This document shows, in pieces, positions 10,712 through 20,489 of a stretch of DNA of 64,000 bases. Below the pieces are notes generated by a model that saw only the letters and a list, made by a program, of their open reading frames with translations, had not been told where the DNA came from and searched no databases. A program made the translations under genes and the position numbers. Numbering within the stretch: position 1 is the stretch's first letter; every line of letters begins with the position of its first letter. The DNA comes from Thermoanaerobaculia bacterium (GTDB lineage: Bacteria > Acidobacteriota > Thermoanaerobaculia > Multivoradales > Multivoraceae), in contig OY761158.1 in the NCBI GenBank assembly GCA_963664405.1, positions 2,848,001 to 2,912,000 on the forward strand, in the 5' to 3' direction.

Positions 10712-10718
10712 TGGGCCG

Positions 10719-12263
10719 CTATTGCGGCGGTTCCAGCGGCGGCTGCGGGTCCAACGGTTTCAGGTCCCGTCCCCCAAGACCGGGATAGTCCGGCGCCAGC
10801 TTGGCGGCGCGCCAGACTCCGAGGCCCAGTTCGCCGCCGCCACCCCAAGGGTCGGATCCGTCGCGCTGTTTCACGCTGCCGGAGTACGGGTTGCCGAAGT
10901 TCCACACCGTTTCTCCCTGCGGCGTGACTTCGAACAGGCGGCCCTCGGGTCCCGAAGTAGCGAAGGTGTTGCCGTTGGCGAGACGATGGGCACCGGAGAT
11001 GAACGGGGCGAAGAACGACTCACGGTCGCCGGTGGCGTAGGTCCAGACGGTCTCGGCCGGCCCCCAGGCCGCGCCTTCAGCGTGCGTGTAGCTGCCGTCC
11101 GTGGCCAGGGGCGAGGTGATCTCTTCTATCGAGGAGTATTTGCCGTCCGGTCGTTCGTTGCCGTTGTTGAAGATGGTGAGGTTTCCTGCGCCCTCCATTC
11201 CGGGCGGGATCCACTGCACGTCGTGGGGGTAGAAGAGTTTCTTGTCTCCGGGCCCGCCGCGGCCGTACATCTCAGGATTGCCCCAGCGGTAGAGGAGATC
11301 TCCTTTCGGCCCTGCCGACTCCTCGGTCGACTTCGGTCTGGCGATGATCCAGATCTCCCCGAGCTCCGGCACCGCCATCGCGATCTGGTCGAGCTCGGGA
11401 TTCCAGTCGACGGCGTTGATGTGCAAGAAGTCTGAACGCTGCTTCTCCTGCTCGGCGTCGTCCGGAACGTAACCGAGTGCCTTGAGCTCGGCGAGCTGCT
11501 CTTCGTCGATCTCGAGGGGAGGGCCGCCGGCGTTGATGTCGAGGCGCTCGGGATGCTCCGACGGTTCGCCGAAGTTCGGCAGATCGGGATCCTGGTTTTG
11601 GAGAAGGTGGTCCCAGACGTTCCATTTCCAGACGATGCGAGCGTCGTCCGGGGGCAGTGGCTCGATCTCGACCAGGAAGTCGGGCCACAGCCCCTTCTCC
11701 GGAATCAAGTCGGCTCGTCGCCCTCGAGATCGCGCCTCCTCGGGTGACTTGACTTCCCACCCGATCGCAAGAAAGTTGCCGTTCGCTAGTGGCTCGACGT
11801 CGTGGTGCAGGATCCTGGTCTCGTCCGAGAGCTTCCACTCCCAGAGTAGCTCGCCCTCCCAGCTGAACTTCTGCACCAGGCCCATCGCGCCGCCGACCAG
11901 GAACGACTTGTCGTCAGGGTTGCGGCCCGGCCGCAGCAGACTCCCGTCTTCGAGCAGGTAGAGAGAGTGCGGTGCGTAGTCGCTCTCCCACATGTGGACC
12001 GCTCTGGCCTGACGGTCGAGGAGGTAAGTGTTGCCCGAGCTGAGTGGCGAATAGAGGACATAGCCCGGCGCGGCGTCGTCGGTCGAGAGGATGAGGCCTC
12101 GAGGCGTCGGCGGCTTCTTCGCTCGCTCGCTCGAGTCTGGCGCCTTGGCCTCCGCGAGGTCGCCTCCACTAACCGTCTCCTCACTCTCGGGGGTGGAACA
12201 TGCCAGGGAGAGAGCCAGGGTAAGGATCGCCCAATTGTGCCGGCGTGCGGAGGGGTTCATCAT
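10719..12263 (-). CDS. Arylsulfotransferase (ASST)-family lipoprotein
   Basis: Lipobox LAC; HHDV, DFLHINAV, LLYRWGNP, HD.QWI and ISGA.RLANGNT motifs. Confidence 0.85.
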   Translation of the reverse strand: MMNPSARRHNWAILTLALSLACSTPESEETVSGGDLAEAKAPDSSERAKKPPTPRGLILSTDDAAPGYVLYSPLSSGNTYLLDRQARAVHMWESDYAPHSLYLLEDGSLLRPGRNPDDKSFLVGGAMGLVQKFSWEGELLWEWKLSDETRILHHDVEPLANGNFLAIGWEVKSPEEARSRGRRADLIPEKGLWPDFLVEIEPLPPDDARIVWKWNVWDHLLQNQDPDLPNFGEPSEHPERLDINAGGPPLEIDEEQLAELKALGYVPDDAEQEKQRSDFLHINAVDWNPELDQIAMAVPELGEIWIIARPKSTEESAGPKGDLLYRWGNPEMYGRGGPGDKKLFYPHDVQWIPPGMEGAGNLTIFNNGNERPDGKYSSIEEITSPLATDGSYTHAEGAAWGPAETVWTYATGDRESFFAPFISGAHRLANGNTFATSGPEGRLFEVTPQGETVWNFGNPYSGSVKQRDGSDPWGGGGELGLGVWRAAKLAPDYPGLGGRDLKPLDPQPPLEPPQ

Positions 12264-12338
12264 GGCTTGGATCAGCTTCTCACGGATACAGCGCCCACGG
12301 CGGGTAGACTATGCCACCTTGATCCAGGAGGTTCACGA

Positions 12339-14849
12339 ATGTACGCCAAGCGCACCACAGCCCTCCTCTGTATCGTCCTGACGATTCTTCTAGTGACACC
12401 CGGGCACAGCGTGGTCACCCCTTCCAACCCGAACGGAGCTGAGCTCGCCCTGGCGCTCCAGAAGCTCTCGGTTCTGGGTAGCGTTCTCTACGTCGCAGCT
12501 CACCCGGACGATGAGAACACGGCACTTCTCGGCTACCTGGCTCGGGGTCGCTTGGCGCGAACGGCCTATCTCTCGCTGACTCGAGGTGATGGGGGGCAGA
12601 ACCTCATCGGCACCGAGCTTGGGCCGTTGCTTGGGTTGATCCGAACTCAGGAGCTGCTGGCGGCCAGGCATTTCGATGGTGCCGAGCAGTTCTTTACCCG
12701 TGCCATCGACTTCGGCTACTCGAAGTCGGTCGACGAGACGCTCGCGACCTGGGGCAAGCAGGAAGTGCTTGGCGATGTGGTCAGAATCATCCGGCGATTC
12801 CGACCCGACGTCATCATCACGCGCTTTCCCGCCGATGGCCGCGGCGGCCACGGCCATCACACTGCATCGGCGGTCCTCGCCATGGAGGCATTCGAGGCCG
12901 CGGCCGATGCGGAGAAGTTTCCCGAGCAGCTGCAGGGGCCCGAGGCGCTACAGCCCTGGCAAGCGACTCGCTTGATGTGGGATCGGTCGCGCTTCTTCGC
13001 CGGAGGTGCGGATTCGGGCTCCGGCGTGGAGGTCGATCTCGGAACCTACAGCCCCTTGCTCGGGCTATCGTTTACCGAGCTTGCCGCCCTCGGGCGCAGC
13101 ATGCACAAGAGCCAGGGTTTTGGCAGCGCCGGCAGTCGCGGCAGTCGCGTGAGCCGACTCGAGCATCGGTTGGGTATCGAGGCGCAGACAGATCTCTTCG
13201 ACGGCGTCGACACTACCTGGTCGCGAGTCACTGGCGGCGCCGAAGTCGGCGACATCCTGCGCCGTGCGGCGGAGAGCTTCGATGCGTCGCAACCGGCGAA
13301 GATCGTGCCCCAGTTGCTGAGAGCCGAGGAGCTTCTCGCGGCGCTGTCGCAAGCGCAGTCTCCCGCCGACTGGGTCGGGCCGAAATTGGCGGAGCTTCGA
13401 GAGGCCATTCGCGGGGCCTGCGGTCTGTGGCTCGAAGTCACCACCGACCGTGAGAGCGGGACTCCGGGCGCCGGCCTAAAACTCGAGTTAGCGGCGATCA
13501 ACCGATCCGAAGTGCCCGTTCGCCTGGTCGGTGTGAGCCTACCTTTTCATGGCGATGTCGATCTCGGAGAGGAGCTCGAGGCCAACCAGAACTGGAGTCT
13601 CGAGGTCGACTCCGTGGTTCCGGTGGATCAACAATCGACGGCTCCATACTGGTTGCGCCAGCCCACCGACGGAGCTCTCTTCCGGGTGTCAGAGCCGAAC
13701 CTGATCGGCCTCGCCGAGTGGCTGCCACTGCAAGCGCGTTTCGATCTTCGCATTGGTGATCGCGACCTCAGCTACGAGGTCCCGCTCCTTTATCGCTCCA
13801 GCGACCGGGTCGAAGGCGAGATGTACCGGACCTTCGAAGTCGTGCCCCCGATCTCCCTCAGTGTCGAGGAAGCGGTCTACGTTTTTGGCGACGGTGCTGA
13901 GCGAAGCATCGGAGTGAACCTACGCAGTACCGGTTCTCCGGCTCGAGGAGATCTTCGCCTGCGGCTACCGGCGGGTTGGAGCGGGGTGCCGGCGTCGGTT
14001 TCCTTCGATCTGAATGCCGGAACCGAGTCTCGCTTTTCCTTTTCCATACGGCCCCCGAAGGACTCTTCAACGGGAACGCTGACTGCAGAGGCGACCCTGG
14101 AGGGAAGCAGGGCGACTTTGAGCTCGGGAGTGAGAGCGATCAGCTATCGCCACATCCCGCCACAGACACTGCTCCCACCCGCCGAGGCTCGACTGGTGCG
14201 AATGCAGCTCGAGCGTCTCGGTGAGCGAATCGGTTATGTGATGGGAGCGGGAGACGAGATCCCGGGGGCTCTGCGTCAGGTCGGCTACCAGGTCACCCTG
14301 CTCACCGACAACGATCTCGCCGCCGCCGATCTCACTCCTTTCGACGCCATCATCATCGGGATCAGGGCCTACAACTCGCGACCCGCGGTGCTACAGCACA
14401 ACGCCAGGCTCCTCGAGTACGTGAAGAAGGGCGGTACGGTGGTCGCTCAGTACAACACCGCCTCTCGCTTCGGCGGCGGCCCCCCGGAGCTCGGGCCCTA
14501 CCCCTTTCACGTCTCGCGAGACCGGGTCTCGGTCGAGGACGCCGAAGTAACGCTTCTTCTGCCGGAGCATCCGCTCCTCACCACCCCCAATCAGATCACC
14601 GAGGCCGACTTCTCCGGCTGGGTGCAGGAACGCGGTCTCTACTTCCCCGATACCTGGGACGAGCGCTACGACGCCCTCCTGGCTTCGCACGACCCCGGCG
14701 AGCCCGATCGCAGTGGCGGGCTGCTCTATACGACCTACGGCAAGGGCGTTTACATCTACACCGGCTATTCCTTCTTTCGTGAGCTCCCTGCCGGTGTGCC
14801 GGGTGCCTACCGACTCTTTGTCAACCTGATTTCCGCTCGCCAGCAGTAG
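12339..14849 (+). CDS. PIG-L/LmbE-family deacetylase with NEW3-like and C-terminal GATase-like domains
   Basis: AHPDDE, LTRGDGGQN, RAIDFGYSK, GHGHH, WVQERGLYF; ATG at 12339 after AGGAGG. Confidence 0.9.
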   Translation: MYAKRTTALLCIVLTILLVTPGHSVVTPSNPNGAELALALQKLSVLGSVLYVAAHPDDENTALLGYLARGRLARTAYLSLTRGDGGQNLIGTELGPLLGLIRTQELLAARHFDGAEQFFTRAIDFGYSKSVDETLATWGKQEVLGDVVRIIRRFRPDVIITRFPADGRGGHGHHTASAVLAMEAFEAAADAEKFPEQLQGPEALQPWQATRLMWDRSRFFAGGADSGSGVEVDLGTYSPLLGLSFTELAALGRSMHKSQGFGSAGSRGSRVSRLEHRLGIEAQTDLFDGVDTTWSRVTGGAEVGDILRRAAESFDASQPAKIVPQLLRAEELLAALSQAQSPADWVGPKLAELREAIRGACGLWLEVTTDRESGTPGAGLKLELAAINRSEVPVRLVGVSLPFHGDVDLGEELEANQNWSLEVDSVVPVDQQSTAPYWLRQPTDGALFRVSEPNLIGLAEWLPLQARFDLRIGDRDLSYEVPLLYRSSDRVEGEMYRTFEVVPPISLSVEEAVYVFGDGAERSIGVNLRSTGSPARGDLRLRLPAGWSGVPASVSFDLNAGTESRFSFSIRPPKDSSTGTLTAEATLEGSRATLSSGVRAISYRHIPPQTLLPPAEARLVRMQLERLGERIGYVMGAGDEIPGALRQVGYQVTLLTDNDLAAADLTPFDAIIIGIRAYNSRPAVLQHNARLLEYVKKGGTVVAQYNTASRFGGGPPELGPYPFHVSRDRVSVEDAEVTLLLPEHPLLTTPNQITEADFSGWVQERGLYFPDTWDERYDALLASHDPGEPDRSGGLLYTTYGKGVYIYTGYSFFRELPAGVPGAYRLFVNLISARQQ

Positions 14850-14900
14850 TGCGGCGCGGCTTCCGGAAATGATCGCTGTCATTTCCTCCAACTGCACATC

Positions 14901-16184
14901 ATGGCGCCACCGTTGAGCTCTTCCTCCGCGGTTAGACACTTCTACGGCTGGCCTCTCGCCGTTGTCGTCTGGCTGCTCTACGGGCTCCAGGTCGCGGGTT
15001 TCTATAGCTGGGGCTTCTACCTTCCGGAGATGTCCGAGGAGCTCGGCATCTCGAGGGCCAGCGGCGGACTCGTCTTTGGTGTGTCACTCTTCTGTGCGGG
15101 GGCGGCTGCTCCTCTGGTGGGGATGGCGATCACCCGCTTCGGCCTCCGACGGGTGATGACCGCCGGGTTTGCCGTCAGTGCCTTCGGCTACCTCGCCACC
15201 AGCCGAGCGCAGGGCTTCTGGCAACTCCTCGTCGTCTACGGCATCTTTACCGCCGGCACCCATGCCTTCGCAGCGGTTCTGCCTACGCAGACGGTGGCCT
15301 CGATCTGGTTTCTCCGTTACCGAGCTCGCGTGCTGGCGGGTCTACTCACCGCTGGGGGCATCGCCGCCCCCTTCATCTTCTGGTTCGACGCGTGGATCCT
15401 GCAGACCGCGACCTGGAGGACGGGCTGGGTGGTCATCGGTATTCTCAATTTCGTCCTTGCGATGATCGCCTACGCCTTCGTTCGTGATTCCCCGGAGAGT
15501 CTGGGCCAGCTTCGCGACGGCGCCGCCGCTGAGACAGAAGTCGCTCGCCCGACGGCTGCGAGCCCGCCGCCGGGCATCGACAGCGGGTTCACCGCGCGCG
15601 AGGCGATTCGCACTCCGCAGTTCGTGCTCTTGTTGATCTGCGGTCTCGGCTACGGGCTTCCTTGGGGGGTTTTAGGTAACCACAGTCGACTCCACCTTCA
15701 GGATCTCGGTTTCGAGATCGAGGCGGCGGCGGCGATTCTCTCTTCGATGGCGCTGGTCAGCATCGTTGGCCGAGTGACGGGGGGCTTCGGCGACTTCGTC
15801 TCCCCGTCCCGGTTGTTGGGGATAGCGCTGATACTCGAGGGGTCGGGTACCGGCTTGTTCCTGATCGCCACCACTCCAGGGCGCGCCTATGCGGCAGTGA
15901 TGCTGGTCGGGCTGGGTTTCGGCATGGCCTACATCAGTCAGGCTGCCACACTCGCCCGCTTCTTTGGCCGCAGAGCCTTCGCGACAACGACGGGAGTTCG
16001 ATACTTTGCCGGGGCCTTCTTTTTTGCCTTTGCCCCCGGGCTAACCGGCCGTCTCTACGACCAGACCGGCAGCTACACCATTCCCTTCCTCACCTTGATG
16101 ACGATCAGCCTGGTCGGGGCGGCCGTCGCCTTCGTCATGCCGCCGCCGGCACCGCGGACTATTCCGTCGCCGGAAAACCGGTGA
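14901..16184 (+). CDS. MFS transporter
   Basis: About 12 hydrophobic segments; FYGW; G...RFGLRR loop motif; G.LYDQTGSY. Confidence 0.88.
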   Translation: MAPPLSSSSAVRHFYGWPLAVVVWLLYGLQVAGFYSWGFYLPEMSEELGISRASGGLVFGVSLFCAGAAAPLVGMAITRFGLRRVMTAGFAVSAFGYLATSRAQGFWQLLVVYGIFTAGTHAFAAVLPTQTVASIWFLRYRARVLAGLLTAGGIAAPFIFWFDAWILQTATWRTGWVVIGILNFVLAMIAYAFVRDSPESLGQLRDGAAAETEVARPTAASPPPGIDSGFTAREAIRTPQFVLLLICGLGYGLPWGVLGNHSRLHLQDLGFEIEAAAAILSSMALVSIVGRVTGGFGDFVSPSRLLGIALILEGSGTGLFLIATTPGRAYAAVMLVGLGFGMAYISQAATLARFFGRRAFATTTGVRYFAGAFFFAFAPGLTGRLYDQTGSYTIPFLTLMTISLVGAAVAFVMPPPAPRTIPSPENR

Positions 16185-16770
16185 GGCCCTCATCCATCTG
16201 GATGCGAAAGGCACCCAGAGCCATCGATACCATTTTGTACTGGCCGACCGTGAAGACGACGTCCATCAGCTGTTTTTCGTCGTATCTCGCATCGAGGTAG
16301 GCCCAGGTCCGGTCCGAGATTGTCGCGCTGCGGTCGAGCTCGTCCGCCGCTCGCAACAGAGCACGGTCGAAGCTCGACCAGCCTTGAGCCTCGGGTCCTT
16401 TGATGATGCCAGCGAGCTCCTCGTCGGTGACACCGAGCCCCTTCGCGGAGCGACTGTGGTAGCCCCATTCGTACTGCGCACCGTTGATGAACGCGGTGCG
16501 GAGAATGAGCAGCTCACGATCGCGCGCCGGCAGGGTGCTGCCGTTCAGAACATAGCCACCGAAAGGCCCCCATGCCTTCATCAGATCCGGATGTTGGGAG
16601 AGGGTCTTGATGAGATTGAGGGGTGACTGCGACGACTCGAGAGGCGGAATCCTCGGTCCCGGTGGCTGCTTCTGTGCATGCGCCTGTGGAGCGGAGGCGA
16701 CGAGACCCAGAATCAGAGCTGGCGCCATGCCTTTTGTGAACATCGATCGAAGCGACATGTGGTCCTTCAT
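16159..16770 (-). CDS. Carboxymuconolactone decarboxylase (AhpD-like) family protein
   Basis: LPARDRELLILR, YEWGYH, L.AADEL; start at 16770 preceded by AGGAG. Confidence 0.85.
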   Translation of the reverse strand: MKDHMSLRSMFTKGMAPALILGLVASAPQAHAQKQPPGPRIPPLESSQSPLNLIKTLSQHPDLMKAWGPFGGYVLNGSTLPARDRELLILRTAFINGAQYEWGYHSRSAKGLGVTDEELAGIIKGPEAQGWSSFDRALLRAADELDRSATISDRTWAYLDARYDEKQLMDVVFTVGQYKMVSMALGAFRIQMDEGLTGFPATE

Positions 16771-16875
16771 TAGAGCTCCTGTTCTTCGCGGCGCGACCGG
16801 CGCCACCATCCTTGGGTACGTTTTCGGATCCCCTCATTAGAGGGCTGCGTGCGCCGCATGTCAAGGCTGGCGGGG

Positions 16876-17733
16876 TCATTGGTATCGAGAGAGGGCCTCC
16901 GCGACCGCGGCCGGGTAGCTGCCCCCGAACTTGATCGCATGCACGACCAGAGGGGCCAGCTGATGCAGTGGCACCCTGTCTCTCCATCCCTCCTGCAGCG
17001 GAAACGCCTCCTGATAGGCGGAGAAGCACTCGGGCCCGAAGCCGCCGAAGAGGCGCATCATCGCCAGGTCGAACTCGCGGTGGCTGCTGTGAGCGGCCGG
17101 ATCGATGAGCCAGTTGCGGCCACCGGCGCCGACCAATCGATTGCCGGCCCAGAGGTCGCCATGGAGTCGTGCCGGCGGCTCGGGGTCGCCGCCAAGCTCC
17201 TCGAGTCTTCCGGCCACGCCCGCGAGCTGCCGCAAGGTCTGATGAGGCAGTGCGCCGCCGTCTTGGGCAAGCCGTGCAAGTGGCTGCAAACGCTGAGTTG
17301 CATAGAACTCGATCCAGCTCGAGCAGGGTTCGTTGGGGATCCCCCTGCTGCCGGTGGAGCGCCGGTCTTCGCGCCCGAAACAAGGTGCTCCGCTTTGATG
17401 CAGAGCTGCCAGTGACCGCCCCAGGGAGGCTTCGGTGTCGGGCTCAGCCGCGCCCTCTTCGATCCACTCGAGCACCAAGAACGGTGGGTCGTCCGACACG
17501 GCAAGAACGTTTGGAACATCGATGGCGTTGGAGTCGCCTATCCAGACCAGCCCGGCAGCCTCGGTACTGAAGTGGTTGGGCGGCGGTGTCGCGTGGGTCT
17601 TGGCGAAGACGCGACGTTCATCCGCCAGATCGAGGCGATACGACATCGCGACATCTCCGCCGTGGACGCGGGCGACGGCCGAGATCTCGCTTCCGAGCTC
17701 GTAGGCAATGCGGTCGAGCAAGCTGTCTGCCAC
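16876..17733 (-). CDS. Fructosamine kinase family protein
   Basis: GGD, FAK, EAAGL, LHGDLWAGN, IDPA, HREFDLAM. Confidence 0.92.
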   Translation of the reverse strand: MADSLLDRIAYELGSEISAVARVHGGDVAMSYRLDLADERRVFAKTHATPPPNHFSTEAAGLVWIGDSNAIDVPNVLAVSDDPPFLVLEWIEEGAAEPDTEASLGRSLAALHQSGAPCFGREDRRSTGSRGIPNEPCSSWIEFYATQRLQPLARLAQDGGALPHQTLRQLAGVAGRLEELGGDPEPPARLHGDLWAGNRLVGAGGRNWLIDPAAHSSHREFDLAMMRLFGGFGPECFSAYQEAFPLQEGWRDRVPLHQLAPLVVHAIKFGGSYPAAVAEALSRYQ

Positions 17734-17756
17734 TTTGCAGCCGACCTCAGCTGTGC

Positions 17757-18643
17757 CTACTCGGCGCCGTCGTAGGGAGGAGGCGCGCTTGGACCGAAGC
17801 CGAGGACGGTGGAGGGTGGCTCCAGGGCCGACGACAGATCCTCGAAGTCGTCGCCCGTGGCTAGAAATAGCTCAGTTTGGTAGCCCGGCTTCGTTGTCCA
17901 GTTGGCGCCCACGATCTTGAGATCGAGCTCAGCGACGAGGGTGAGGAAGTATTTCCAGTCGTAGTACACCGCCTGCGAAGGGTCGCAGTCGTTGACGAAG
18001 ACAGTGTGTTGGTGGGGAGCCAGCACTGGGAACCAGTCGCGGTTGAGGAAGAACCAGGTGGTGCGCAGGAGGCCCGTTTCGCCGATCATCTGCAGGCACT
18101 CACGTAGGTAGAACTCGGTCTGTCGCTGGTAGAGATGAGTGAAGATCGAATGAGCGTTGATCAGTGTGAAGTCCGAACCGTAGCAGTTGATCGCGAGAGT
18201 GTCGCGACGCGTATTCTGCGGTGCATAGGTCGGACTCCAAACATCGTGGTGATCGAAGACCACATCCACCCCGGGCATGCGAAGGTTGGTCCGACACCAA
18301 TCGATCATGCCGGCATGGACGTCAACACCGACGTAACGTTCGGGCGGGACTCGCTGAAGTAGCAGCTGGCGAGCATTGCGGCCGCAGCCGCAGCCGAAGT
18401 CGAAAACCCGTTTGTAGGCCTCCCTGGGTGCGAGGGCCCGATTGCGAGATCTCCCCAGACCGGGTCGCCGGAAGGGTTGTCGAAGACCGCCTTGTCGGTC
18501 GGGCCGACGATCTGCCGGTACTCGAGAGGCGGGAAGGGCAGCTCTCGTGGATCTGCCGCGCCCTCGGCTGGCTCGTGTGCGCTGCCCTTCCCACCAAAAG
18601 CTGCGAGGGCAGCGGCGAGGCTTCGCGGTCGACGTTTCTTCAT
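17757..18643 (-). pseudogene. Class I SAM-dependent methyltransferase, frameshifted near 18434
   Basis: N-terminal LPFPPLEYRQIVG in one frame; DFGCGCGR...HSIFTHL in another; one missing C in a CCC run rejoins them. Confidence 0.75.
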
Positions 18644-18678
18644 CCTCGCTCCGGCCCCGGGCTCCCGCTTCTTGGGCG

Positions 18679-18846
18679 CTAGAGACCAGCGTTTCCAAAG
18701 TTCGTGTGCAATAGCTCGAGGTCATTCTGTTCGCTGGCCAGGCGCGCCGACGCAGGCATATTGGGCAATATATCGAGGAGGCGCAACGCCGCCAGCGGGC
18801 AGAAGGGGCCGAGATATGTGCGCGAACTTTGGAAACGCTGGTCTAG
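18679..18846 (+). repeat. Palindromic MITE/REP-like element, copy 2
   Basis: Perfect 22-bp inverted repeat agaccagcgtttccaaagttcg (18683-18704 / 18823-18844), extended inward by G.T pairs; CTAG at both ends; core homologous to copy 1. Confidence 0.85.
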
Positions 18847-19171
18847 TATAGATTGCTCAGGCCGCCTCGCGCAGTAGACCCGTGATGAATGACTACGCGC
18901 CCACTCTCAGTAGCGGATCGTTCGCCCGATCTGCCCCACGGGGAGGTAGGCTGACGGTGTTACCAAGGCGCGAGCTCTTAGCCTGGTTCTCCGTTTTTCA
19001 CCTGCGCATTGCGCCGGTGCTCTTGGTGGTCCCTCTAGTGATCTTCGTCGTGTCCTGGCACACCGAGCCCTATCTCTTTGCCTATTCGGTCATAGCTCTG
19101 GTGCCTCTTCAACTAGCCTGGGCGTAGCGCGGCAAACTCTGGTCCGACATCCCTCGAAGGGAGTAGCCGAA

Positions 19172-20113
19172 ATGAGTGACAACTTCGATACGCCGATCTA
19201 TGTCTGCGGGGCCTTACGATCACCGAAACAGATGTTGGCTCAACAGGAGTACGGTGGCCATCTTTCGCTTCACGACGACCAGATGGCGAACCAGCTGGGC
19301 TTTCGAGCCGGTGCGATTGAAGGACCGACCCACTTCAGTCAGTTCGAGCCGCTGTTGGCGGAGGTGTGGGGGAAGGAGTGGTTCGAGACCGGGTGTCTTA
19401 GTGCTCACTACCGCAACATGGTGGTCGAGGGCGAGCAAGTTCGGGCCTACGTGGAACGACCTAGGAAGGCTCAGAATCTGGTGAGGATTCGCGCCGAGAA
19501 GGCGGACGGCACCGAGGTGCTCGTGGGCTCAGCCTCGATTGGCGGTGATCCACCGCAATCCGAGCTGGAGAGTCGCCTATCCGGTCTGCGCCTGCCCGGG
19601 CCCTTGGTCATCTTGCGTGACCTCGACGTCGGAATGCGGGGCGCGGAGGTCGAAGAGGTGCGGATGGACTTTGACCAGCACATGGGCAAAATGTATCCGT
19701 TCTCGCTCAACCAGAAGCTCGAATTCATCACCGAGTTGTCTCCCTGGTTCACCGAGAAAGGGGGGCCGAGCTCACCTTGGGGCCGGGCTATCATCCCTCT
19801 CGAGATGATCAGCGTGCTCGCCTCTTACTCCGGCCGCGGCGCTGGGTTCCCGAGTCATGGTCCCGCAGTCGGTCTGATCGCCGGCCAGCAGATTCGCAGG
19901 GTGAGAGGCCCTCTTTTCGTCGGCGAGGACTACCTCGTGGATCGCGAGATCATTGCCCTCAGCGAGAGTCGACGAACGGAGTCGACCTGGACCCGAGTCT
20001 CGATCCGCGAGCCCGGGTCGAATGACCTTGTTGCCGAGATGATCATGAACGGGGCTACCCTCAAGGACTCCTATCCCAACTACCAGCAGGAGTTGGCCGC
20101 GCTAACCCAATAA
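19172..20113 (+). CDS. Hypothetical protein, probable double hot-dog (MaoC/thioesterase-like) fold
   Basis: SLHDD..A..LGF..G.IEGPTHF and a second GPLFVGEDY…ESRRTE half; GGGAG RBS. Confidence 0.6.
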   Translation: MSDNFDTPIYVCGALRSPKQMLAQQEYGGHLSLHDDQMANQLGFRAGAIEGPTHFSQFEPLLAEVWGKEWFETGCLSAHYRNMVVEGEQVRAYVERPRKAQNLVRIRAEKADGTEVLVGSASIGGDPPQSELESRLSGLRLPGPLVILRDLDVGMRGAEVEEVRMDFDQHMGKMYPFSLNQKLEFITELSPWFTEKGGPSSPWGRAIIPLEMISVLASYSGRGAGFPSHGPAVGLIAGQQIRRVRGPLFVGEDYLVDREIIALSESRRTESTWTRVSIREPGSNDLVAEMIMNGATLKDSYPNYQQELAALTQ

Positions 20114-20134
20114 CGCGGTAGCGGTGGCCGAGAC

Positions 20135-20461
20135 TCAGCGAAAGCTCTCCATCGCGCGCTTGAGCGCTTTGACCAGACCCAGTCGGCGCAGCAGCGTCTT
20201 GGCCCCCTCTGATCTTCGAATGGTCAGCTCCAGTCGTTTCGCCAATCCGAAAGCCGCCAGCTCGGTGAGCTCGGGGCAGCGGGCGATGACGTCGGACGCG
20301 ACTTCGTCGAAGTCCGGAATCTCGGGATCGACGATGAAAAACCCATCATCGGCGTACGAGCGGATGCTCTTCCGCGTTTCCTCGTCGTAGGAGCTTTCTG
20401 CGAGCTGGCGCTCGAAGAAGGGCGAGTCGATCCAGGGGCGATTGAGCTGGGAAGGATCCAT
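20135..20461 (-). pseudogene. Short ORF resembling the N-terminus of a phytanoyl-CoA dioxygenase-family protein without the catalytic core
   Basis: PWIDSPFF…DEETR…DDGFFIVD resembles PhyH-like N-termini; no HxD motif follows. Confidence 0.4.
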
Positions 20462-20489
20462 TACCGGCTGGAGCCTCGGCGGTCGGCGT

